Source: Eledone cirrhosa (lineage: Eukaryota). From it: DNA of 64,000 nucleotides. Made by a program: the position numbers and the translations under genes. Shown here piece after piece: positions 22,213 through 32,498 of this stretch (positions are counted from its first letter, which is position 1; each line of letters starts with the position of its first letter). Location of the stretch: positions 402,752,001-402,816,000 of the forward strand of contig OZ024741.1 of NCBI GenBank assembly GCA_964016885.1, read 5' to 3'. Below the pieces are notes generated by a model, which saw only the letters and a list, made by a program, of their open reading frames with translations, was not told the DNA's origin and ran no database searches.

Positions 22213-23961
22213 CCACTATCATCATCATTATCACCATCACTATCATCACCATCACTATCATCACCATCACTATCATCACCATCACTATCATCATCATTAT
22301 CACCATCACTATCATCACCATCACTATCATCATCAGCACTATCATCATCATCACTATCATCATCATCACTATCATCATCATCACTATCATCATCATCACT
22401 ATCATCATCATTATCACTATCATCATCATTATCACTATCATCATCATCATCATTATCACCATCATTATCACTGTTGTCATCACTATCACTATCATCATTA
22501 CCACCACCACTACTACCACCACTACTATTACCACCACCACCATTACCACCACCACTACTACCACCACTACTATTACCACCACCATCATTACCACCACCAC
22601 TACTACCACTACTATTACCACCACCACCACCATTACCACCATTACTACTACCACTACTATTACCACCACCACCATTACCACCACCACTACAACTACCACT
22701 ACTATTACCACCACCATCATTACCACCACCACTACTACCACTACTATTACCACCACCACCACCATTACCACCATTACTACTACCACTACTATTACCACCA
22801 CCACCATTACCACCACCACTACAACTACCACTACTATTACCACCACCACCATTACCACCACCACTACTACCACTACTATTACCACCACCACTACTACCAC
22901 TACTATTACCACCACCACCACCATTACCACCACCACTACTACCACTACTATTACCACCACCACCATTACCACCATTACTACTACCACTACTATTACCACC
23001 ACCACCATTACCACCACCACTACTACCACTACTATTACCACCACCACCATTACCACCACCACTACAACTACCACTACTATTACCACCACCACCATTACCA
23101 CCACCACTACTACCACTACTATTACCACCACCACCACCATTACCACCACCACTACTACCACTACTATTACCACCACCACCACCATTATCACCACCACTAC
23201 TACCACTACTATTACCACCACCACCACCATTACCACCACCACTACTACCACTACTATTACCACCACCACCATTACCACCACCACTACTACCACTACTATT
23301 ACCACCACCACCATTACCACCACCACTACAACTACCACTACTATTACCACCACCACCATTACCACCACCACTACTACCACTACTATTACCACCACCACCA
23401 CTACTACCACTACTATTACCACCACCACCATTATCACCACCACTACTACCACTACTATTACCACCACCACCATTACCACCACCACTACTACTACCACTAC
23501 TATTACCATCACCACTACTACTACCACTACTATTACCACCACCACCATTACCACCACCACTACTACTACCACTACTATTACCACCACCACCATTACCATC
23601 ACCACTACTACTACCACTACTATTACCACCACCACCATCACCACCACCACCATTACCACCACCACTACAACTACCACTACTATTACCACCACCACCATTA
23701 CCACCACCACTACTACTACCACTACTATTACCACCACCACCATTACCACCACCACTACTACTACCACTACTATTACCACCACCACCATTACCATCACCAC
23801 TACTACTACCACTACTATTACCACCATCACCACCACCACCATTACCATCACCACTACTACTACCACTACTATTACCACCACCACCATTACCACCACCACT
23901 ACTACTACCACTACTATTACCACCACCACTACTACTACCACTACTATTACCACCACCACCA
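22213..23961. repeat. Compound trinucleotide array (CAT/CAC/TAT, then CAC/TAC/TAT) with a superunit of about 42-45 bp
   Basis: Recurrent TACCACCACCACCAT-TACCACCACCACTACTACCACTACTAT. Confidence 0.9.
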
Positions 23962-23966
23962 CACTG

Positions 23967-24181
23967 GAGGATTGGCAGTATCAGTAGAACATTGGACAAC
24001 ATGCTTTGTGGCATAAAGTTATGTCCTTTTACATTCTGATATTCAAATCCCGTAGAAGCTAGCTTTGCCTTTCATCCTTACAGGGTTGATAAAATAAAGT
24101 ACCAGTGATGCATTGGGGTCAATTTAATTGACTTTCCCCTCCCCTAAATTGTTGGCTTTGTGCCTAAATGAGAAACCATTA
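23967..24181 (+). mobile_element. tRNA-derived SINE, family B (central domain resembles Meta/MESC-type SINEs)
   Basis: TGGCAGTATCAGTAG head and GCCTTTCATCCTTACAGGGTTGATAAAATAAAGTACCAG core. Several copies in the window. Confidence 0.78.
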
Positions 24182-24343
24182 TAAGGTTGATTGGCAGAAT
24201 CAGTAGAGTGTCTGACAAAATGTAATCTACTCCCCTCCACTTTATTTAGAAACAATATAAGCTTGGTACTATTTTAAAAGTTAGAATCCATTATCGTTGT
24301 TTGACTATGAAAAATGGTTTAATAATTTGGGTGTATAAACCCT

Positions 24344-24620
24344 CTTTTCTCTTCTTACTCTTGTTTGTTGAGACTGGGGTCATCTTAGGTCAGTGATCCC
24401 TCACGTGTAGAGTGGACCTGGTCCACCAGTGCCCTCCATCACAGGTGATCCCATGCCAACCCCTCCACATCCTCCAAGGTGACATCAAGCCTCTAGAGAT
24501 CTTCCTTGATGATACCTAGTCATCTGGTGTGGGACCTGCCATGGGGCCAGCCACAAGGGCTTGTCTAGTCTGTAGTTGCTGCATCAAATAAGAGTAAGTC
24601 CCTGGTAAGATGAGCATAAG
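24344..24620 (-). mobile_element. Old RTE-like 3' remnant with an imperfect 17-bp target-site duplication
   Basis: Flanked by TTGGGTGTATAAACCCT (24327) and TTGGGTTTATAAACCTT (24621). The minus strand reads as a decayed RTE C-terminus (..IIKEDL*RLDVTLEDVEGLAWD...WRALV). Confidence 0.5.
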
Positions 24621-24704
24621 TTGGGTTTATAAACCTTGGAGAGGGGAAAAGATTTGCACACCACCTGATGCTGTACAAATGTTTTCCCCTCTCCAGAGTT
24701 TATT

Positions 24705-24890
24705 GGATTGGCAGTATCGGTAGAGGGTCAAACACCATGCTTTCACGCAAAGAGTTATGGCCCTTTATGGTATGAGTTCAAATCCCGCCGAGGTTAACTT
24801 TGTCTTTCATCCTTACGGGGTCGATAAAATAAAGTACCAGTAATGCACTGGGGTAATTGCTGGCCTTGTGTCAAAAGTAGACACAATTAT
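24705..24890 (+). mobile_element. SINE family B
   Basis: Head, B box GAGTTCAAATCCCGCC and core as in 23967-24181. Confidence 0.8.
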
Positions 24891-24957
24891 ATACTCATCT
24901 TATTAGAATATTTCTCAGTCAAACAACGATGATTCTAACTTTCATATTCAGAACTTC

Positions 24958-25724
24958 TTATAATAATAATAATAATGAAATTATTGTGTACAGTGCTCAG
25001 GTGCACTACAACTGGTCAAAAGTGCATGTATAGTACATAGAATAATATACAAATGTCAGGGAAGTGAATAGTGTATGAGTTATGATATATATGTGTGTAT
25101 GTGTATGGAGGGGGAACATCAGGTGTAGTGTTGACGAATCTCAGGAAGCATGGATGTTTTAAAGGATGCAGTGTCTCGACAGCTAACAACTGATGCAGCT
25201 AGTTTGTTCCATGGAGGTTTTAAAGGATGCAGTGTCTCGACAGCTAACAACTGATGCAGGTAGTTTTTTCCATGCTTCAGCAACTCTGAGCATGAAAAAA
25301 TGTTTCCGAAAGTCATAGGAACTGTGCTGTTTTCTGACTTTGTGGGCATGCCCACGTGTGTTAGACACATGGAAATCAAAAAGGTACTCAGGGTTGTTGT
25401 TGGCAAGATGGTTAATAATTTTGTGGGTGTTTACCAAGTCAGTTGCCAGGCGTCGGAGCTTCAATGTATCCATGCCCAGGGAAGAAAGGCGTTCAGAGTA
25501 TGGTAGATGCCTGATGGAGGGTATTCGCTTGGTTGCATGTCTCTGAACAGTTTCCAAGCGGTCAATGTTCTGAGCAAGATAGGGGTTCCAGACTGGTGAT
25601 GCAAATTCTAAGTGTGGCCGCACCATAGCCATGTATAGCTTTAAATAGATAGCTGGAGAGCGGCTGACGAAGGTCTTGCTGAGTGATGCTAAGACACCCT
25701 CGGCCCTCTTGACAATTTTAGAGA
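24958..25724 (-). mobile_element. CR1-group LINE 3' fragment with (ATT)n tail and an internal 61-bp tandem duplication
   Basis: YMAMVRPHLEFASPVWNPY, LETVQRHATK, YSERL, TRGH, FFMLRVAEAWKKLP. The duplication starts at 25156 and 25217. Confidence 0.85.
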
Positions 25725-25873
25725 CTCAACAGTTCTTAAAATAGATTATTGATAACTCTAAGTTCTGAAATATTAGTACAGAAAAACCAGCAGCAACAAC
25801 AACAAAGATTACCACATAACTTACTTTTTTGTTACCTTCCTCTTATCATCCATTTTGCATTATTTAACCTTAA

Positions 25874-26066
25874 GGGCGGTGGATTGGCAGTATCGGTAGA
25901 GAGTCGGACGGCATGCTTTGCAACAAAGAGTTACGGCCCTTTATGGTCTGAGTTCAAATACCGCCGAGGTTAACTTTGCCTAACATCCTTACGGGGTCGA
26001 TAAAATAAAGTACCAGTAATGTACTGAAGTAATTGCTGGCCTTGTGCCAAAAGTAGAAACAATTAT
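25874..26066 (+). mobile_element. SINE family B
   Basis: Aligns with 24705-24890. Confidence 0.8.
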
Positions 26067-26402
26067 TTAGCCTTCTATCACATTTCACATTATATACAAT
26101 ATACGCTTCCATCAAACTACAACATTTTATTCTTATTGATATTGTTTTGAAGGATGTTCAATAAGTGTTTGGAGTATGTCGATAACTAATTATATGTTGG
26201 GAAATAATTTAAAGACAATATTCTCAGAAATGGTCAAATATTTAGATAGGAGTCTTTAACCCTTTTAATACAGCCTGAAACTGACCCAGGGTCTATGATA
26301 TCAATTGGTTTCTTTTAATGTCTTTATAATTGAAATTGAAATATAATATAATGTTCAATTTAAATTTTCAGACTCTACTCACCACTTTCTAAACATACTT
26401 CT

Positions 26403-26678
26403 TATCATCATCATCATCACCATCACCATCATTATCATCATCATCACCAACATCACCATCACCAACATCACCATCACCAACATCATCAACATCATCACCA
26501 TGATCACCATCATGATCATGATCATCCTCATCAGTATCACCATCATCATCATCATCATCATCACCAGCCTCATCACTATCACCATCATTATCATTATCAC
26601 CAACATCATCACCATCATCACCATGATGATGATGATCTTCATCATCGCCATCCTCATCATTACCATCTTCATCATCAT
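26403..26678. repeat. Degenerate (CAT)n array, an expanded tail of the adjacent minus-strand retroelement
   Basis: Abuts TTTTTCCATGCTAGCATGGGTTAGACG, the RTE/SINE tail in reverse orientation. Confidence 0.85.
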
Positions 26679-26816
26679 TTTGATGTCCCTTTTTCCATGC
26701 TAGCATGGGTTAGACGGGTTGTCCTATTGTGAAACAAGCCAGGTCAGATGACGATGTCTTGCTCATATAGAACTGATTTTGGCTTGGTTTCTATGGTTGA
26801 ATACCCTTCTTAATGC

Positions 26817-27075
26817 CAACCACTTTACAGTGTGTGCTGGGTGCTTTTTGTTGTGACACCTACACAACCACTTTACTGTGTGTACAAGTGCTTTTGGTCA
26901 TTACACAGTGTGGACTGGGTGTTTTTTGTCATGACACACAACCACTTTACAGTGTGAACTGGGCACTATTTTTCGTGTCACCTACACAACCACTTTACAG
27001 TGTGTACTAGGTGCTTTTTGACATGACACTTACGCAACCACTTTACAGCGTGGGCTGGGCACTTTTTGTTGTGTT
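26817..27075. repeat. Degenerate minisatellite of about 52 bp (about 5 units) inside a SINE-like element
   Basis: CAACCACTTTACAGTGTG..CTGGGTGCTTTTTG..GTGACACCTACA repeated. Confidence 0.75.
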
Positions 27076-27589
27076 ACTACATTTATATTTATCTAAAGCC
27101 TTCCATCATAATTGTTACATGACTAAACATATTGTTCAAATTTTACATCATCATCATCACTGTTTTACGTCCATTCTGCTATGCTAGCATAGGTTAGACG
27201 AGGAATGTGCAGGCTGGATCTTGAGGACTTTCCGGACAAGAGACCGAGAGACCATGTTGATACTATGGAGGACATTTGTCCTAAGCTAACTGAACTACTG
27301 CTCCCAACTGTGTTTACTCCATAATATCAAACTAACCATGGAGTTTGAGGCAATGAAGCTACACCAAGATGATTGCCACGATGAAGGAGATGAGCTACTG
27401 GGAAGGGCCAAAAGAACTGAAACTCTACTCCTTGGAATGAAGACAGGAGAAATACTCAGTGATATACATATGGGAAATCCTGGAGGGACTAGCACCAAAC
27501 TTTGGCTTTGGGAGCTGGACCAGCCCCCAAACAGGACGTCACTGTGTGGTGCCATAGGTCCTGTCTTTCACATCTAGAATAAGGAGCAG

Positions 27590-27770
27590 ATATTGCAATA
27601 GCCTGGGGTTGAAAGGCCCTCAACTCTTCAACAAGCTGCCAAGAAATTTGAGAGATCTGCATGGTATTGATGTGGATATTTTCAAGAAACATCTCAACAC
27701 TCTGCTATTCACGATCCCGGATGAACCCACAGCATGGTACGAAGGTAACCTGCAGCAACAAACTCTGTTT
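27590..27770 (+). mobile_element. CR1-like LINE 3' remnant
   Basis: GPQLFNKLPRNLRDLHGIDVDIFKKHLNTLLFTIPDEP. Confidence 0.65.
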
Positions 27771-27771
27771 T

Positions 27772-27885
27772 TGATTCTAGAGTCAGGTCAGATCAATACA
27801 GATCGAACCTTGAGCTGATCAATAGTGAAACACGCGCCACCAATCAATAAACATAATGAAGACTTGACAAATCGTCCTTGTATTA
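27772..27885 (+). mobile_element. Partial family H1 module
   Basis: Reverse complement of 18575-18686, carrying the 3' half of the hammerhead. Confidence 0.7.
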
Positions 27886-27997
27886 TATATATATATACAA
27901 CCAATCTTGCCTCAAGTGGGACAATTCCCGTCCAGACCCATGCTAGCGTGGAAGATGGACGTTAAACGATGATGATGATGATGATATATATATATAT

Positions 27998-28215
27998 AGT
28001 GAAATAAGATAACAAGGACGATTGGTTACTCCTTCATTACGTTTATTGGTTGGTGAGGCGCGTTTCGCTATTGATCAGCTCAAGGTTTGATCTGTATCAA
28101 TCTGACCCGACTCTATAATCAGTGGCTCGTCAGAGTCCTTGTAATGGTAATGGAACCTAAACATCAAGTGCTCATCCGGATGAACCTACAGTAACTCCAA
28201 GTTACACTCCGTGGA
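27998..28215 (-). mobile_element. Family H1 module with long-stem-II hammerhead (28052-28136)
   Basis: Minus strand CTGACGA-GCCACTGATTA...TGATCAATAGC-GAAACGCGC-CTC, flanked by (TA)n. Confidence 0.72.
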
Positions 28216-28568
28216 TATATATATATATATACCTCTCTCTCTATACACAAGAGTTCATTCCCCAGTCTCCTTCTCAACAAGGAAAATTAAAAAAAACTTA
28301 ACTCTTAATTTTAAATCTTTAATTTTTAGTTTTTAATTCTTATTAATTCTCTTTAATTGTAATACTTCACATTTGATGGGATGAATTTTACTTACACATC
28401 GAAACCAGTAATTCTTTATGTGCTTTATATACTTTATATACTTTATAAAACTCTTTTTTATAAGAATTGTCCCTCTCATATTTTAATAATGTCAATTTGA
28501 CGAATCAAAGAAACGGGAAAAGAAGAAAAACAGATCCTTACATATATTTTCCATGCTATTTCCAACTT

Positions 28569-28634
<66 letters not shown>

Positions 28635-28656
28635 TTATATATATATATATATATAT

Positions 28657-28803
28657 AGTGAAAGTATAAGGAAAAAGAATGAAATCGAAAATGCAACTGG
28701 AGTCTTTTTAAGAATATTTATTTGTTTCCTTTACCAGTTTCAGTTCTTGTGCTTTTCAAAAGTAGAATTGAGATGGAAGGTTTGTGGTTTTACTCGCATC
28801 TGT
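28657..28803 (-). mobile_element. Family H2 module, degenerate
   Basis: Reverse complement of the 19152 and 21238 modules. Confidence 0.68.
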
Positions 28804-28810
28804 ATATATA

Positions 28811-28873
<63 letters not shown>

Positions 28874-28911
28874 ATATTTGGGGAAAAACCATATAAAAAA
28901 CCTCGCTAAAC

Positions 28912-28942
<31 letters not shown>

Positions 28943-29242
28943 GTAATAATAATAAATTTGAAGACTAAAATCCAAAGAGGGCTCAATAAGGATAAATATA
29001 TATCAAATATATAAAAACCGTAGAGCAAATATTTATTAAAATAACAGATTAAAGTTTAAGCAAAGAATCGCTGCTTTCACCCTTAACGGGATCTTCTGAA
29101 ACTAACAAAGTCAATCTGTAAACGCAGAAGTGGATATTTAAAAAAACGTTGCAACCGGAGGAAGACAGGAAGACGATACTTTGGTTCGTGGAAACGTTCG
29201 CTGGCAAAGAACGGGGAAAACCGAATATAATACGTCATTAAT

Positions 29243-29310
29243 TGTTTCTACTTTAGGCACAAGGCCAGCAATTACCCAGTGCATTACTGGTACTTTATTT
29301 TATCGACCCC
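29243..29310 (-). mobile_element. 5'-truncated SINE family B with a 10-bp TSD
   Basis: CGTCATTAAT at 29233-29242 and 29310-29319. Confidence 0.75.
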
Positions 29311-30128
29311 GTCATTAATAGGAGCGGAATAGGAGCGGTGAAAAACAATTACGCGCAAAGACAGAACCACGTTTATGGTATAAAAGAGGTCGTAGACTAA
29401 TGTTCTCTTAGGTGGTTCATAGAGACGTTCTCTGGCAATGAACGAAAAAACGAAGATAATACGTCATATGTGGAGCGTGGAGAACAATAGCACGCAAAGA
29501 TAAAACCACGTAAATGGTATAGCAGAAGTCGTAGACTAAAATTCTAACTAGGAGACCGAATGAATCTCCGCTACAGAGTTAAGAACAAAGTAAATAAATA
29601 CAATACAGAAGAAATAGAAATAAATAAATACATACACGCAAACAAATACGTACATACACAAGCATATGCAAAACACTTACCATAGGTATACAAAACCACG
29701 CACATATAAATATGTGTGTCTGTGTATGCGTGTATACAAATAAATAAATAATTATATAAACGTATATAAATAAATAAATACGTATATAACAAGCGCACAC
29801 ACATACCTACATGTAAATACACGAATGTTCGGAGACGTAAGTCAACCAAAACATGAAGTACACATATACACACACCCTACATATGTACGAACCAGCATAC
29901 TCACACAGACGCAAAACTCCCGTATACACAAAGCCAAACCATATGTACCAGAATATATAAAATTATACGCCATAACATAAACAATCAAATATACGTACGA
30001 GAAGGTATACGTACCTTCACAAAACATACGGGTAATATATACTTACCTATGCAAATAAGTAATGGTATAAACAAAACATATACTTAGCTCCCACATCAAG
30101 ACGTAAAATATCCACGTATAGATCGTAC

Positions 30129-31796
30129 TATCCGTTAGGGTATAACGTGGGGCTGTAATACAGGAAAGTTTTGTGCAATTTATGTTTACAAGCCGAAATT
30201 GCCTCAGATTTTTTGTTTAAGATGTGGTCTGTGGCGTAGAGAGTATTTCCAGGGCCTCAGCGGGGCAGAGATCACATGGTCTTTTATTTCCGTTATACGA
30301 TCTAGCCCTAGCTAGGATCTCCCAGTGTAACTTATATTGGGTGTGGTTGTCTTTTAGACTCCAGATATAAGCTGAAAGTGACGCCATATTCCTTCTTAGA
30401 GGGTAACGAAAAGAATGGGTATGCATGTAAAGACGCTGCTTGAATCTATTGGCGGTTAACTCTATGTAGGCCCTACGGGACGTGGGTGTTACAACCTTAC
30501 ATTTGTAGACAATGTTACTAGAGAGGCATTTCCCGGATAGGGGGCAATCAACCCGATTCCTACAATTACAGTTAGTACTAACTACAGGGTTGCACGTGTT
30601 CCTACGACTAGGTAGTTTAGCTAAATTTGAAGCTGTGATGTTATGTGCAAGGTTAGGAGTCGTAGAGTAAGACATTTTAATAGTATTTCTATTAAAATTT
30701 TTACTATATTTATGTGTAGGGGGAAAATGCTTCGTAATAAGGGAAAGAAAGATCTTAGCTAATTGTGTGGCCACCTCCATATTATATGGTGGGTTATACC
30801 AACAAATGCGACGGGATCTATTTCTTCTAGGTCTATTTTCGTACTCTGTATATGCTACCTTATCGACAAATCCACTTCGAGCAAGAGCTTCATTGTAATA
30901 AGTGGAATGGTCGTTGAAAATACGCTCGTTGGTGGAAAGACGGGAAAGCCTCAACGAAACGTTTCTTACCAGGTTCTTGGTTATGCTGGCAGGATGGTTG
31001 GAATGCTTACTTATGTAATTAAGCGTATCATTCGGCTTTCTATACGGGTAATACAACCCATTCAATAAATTGAGGGTAACGTCGAGGTAATTAACGACCG
31101 AGAGATTGGCCTCAACCTGTATAGAGAGGTTGAAGCCTTTAAAGAAGGCTGTGAGTTCTTTTCTGAACCTGTCGCAAGCACGAGGTCCGCACTAAGTCAT
31201 GGTCAAAAGACCATCGTTATGGTACAAACCACCGCCCGCGTTGGGGAATTCATCCTTGATAGAGAAAAGAAGGAAAAGGCTGATAAGATCAGTAACCTCC
31301 GCAGAATCACTGGCGCCCATACTCACGTCGAATGGGGTACTATTGGATTTTTTAATCCAAATAGAATCGTCGAAATTAATCACCGACTTTTGGGCATTGA
31401 GGATGACATCAACTTCGAAATCCTTAACCACTGTGAGTGTTTTAGCGAAATTGATAGCTCTAAGGAGAACGGGTAAAGTGATGGAGGAGTAGTAATTGTT
31501 GATGTCGAATTGGATAAAACGGCAATGTTCCTTGTTACATATGCCGTTGAACCAATCAAACACCACGAAAGAATTGTTCCACAGTGCAAGAGGGGCCAAA
31601 CTTCTAATTTCAGGTATAATTCTATCAAGAATCGTTTTACTAAGTCTGCCTGAATCGGACTTCGTAGGGTTAATAAGCCGAATAGAGGGGTTGTTCAGAA
31701 AATTGGATTTGTGATCCTTCAGGGTAAAGTGGTGAGAAATAGGGTCCAGAGGTTCGGTCCGGTCAAGGATGTTGAGATCAGATGTGATTTTTGCTC
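30129..31796 (-). pseudogene. Penelope-like element (Naiad-type) RT plus GIY-YIG, 5'-truncated, with a stop at 31192 and a frameshift near 30230
   Basis: TLKDHKSNFLNNPSIRLINP, FIQFDINNYYSSI, FDVSMGASDSAEVTDL, GLYHNDGL (decayed YRDDG), NYLDVTLNL, YRKPND, SNHP, ICWYNPPY, CNCRNRVDCPLSGKC, NIVYKC...AYIELT, CDLCPAE. The long 3' UTR probably extends to about 28870. Confidence 0.88.
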
Positions 31797-31982
31797 TAAT
31801 CAGATTAGAGCAAACATCACGGGCCCTCTATCTCAAAATTATTTTTGAAAAGCATTAGAAATGCGCAACTGGTAAAACTTAAAACTGAATACTAACCAAT
31901 ACTATTACTAATTTTTACTTATTCCTAATTAAACTATTTTTCACTGGGAACAATTTGTCAGCATTTTCTTTTCCTTTTACCA

Positions 31983-32016
<34 letters not shown>

Positions 32017-32289
32017 ATATATATATGTGTGTACACATATGCTTCTTATCAATTATTTATTATAATTAACCTTTCAAACATTGGAATCACCTTGTTGAAT
32101 TTAGTTATAAAATGTCCCAGTAACATGCTTCATTGATTAGCTGGTTAAAAAATTGCTGGTTGGTTGAACAGTAAGTCTGCTCTAGTGAAAGATAAGGTAG
32201 TAAAGACAGGGGTGGAGGAGATGGGAGGTTCTGTGTCATAAAGCAGGTCAGTGTAACACAAGCTCATACATTGTTTAAATTACTGATTG

Positions 32290-32338
32290 TGTCTGTATGC
32301 ACGTGTGTGTGTGTGTGTGTGTAGGTGTGTGTGTCTGT

Positions 32339-32408
<70 letters not shown>
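32290..32408. repeat. (TG)n microsatellite
   Basis: Direct reading of the sequence. Confidence 0.9.
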
Positions 32409-32409
<1 letters not shown>

Positions 32410-32498
32410 TGTTAGTACACATCTGGTTTGCTTGTAAATCTATATATATGTAAATTAGGATGTTGTGTTTTGTGAAGATGTAAATATTATGGCATGAA

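Noticed and set aside
22112-24039. 500-630-aa His/Tyr-, Pro/Leu-, Val- and Gly/Ser-rich ORFs as structural proteins
   Set aside because: Open frames on both strands are expected from stop-free trinucleotide repeats. There is no signal peptide or other gene evidence.
26379-26706. Met-, Asp- or Ile-rich ORFs
   Set aside because: They are translations of a degenerate (CAT)n retroelement tail.
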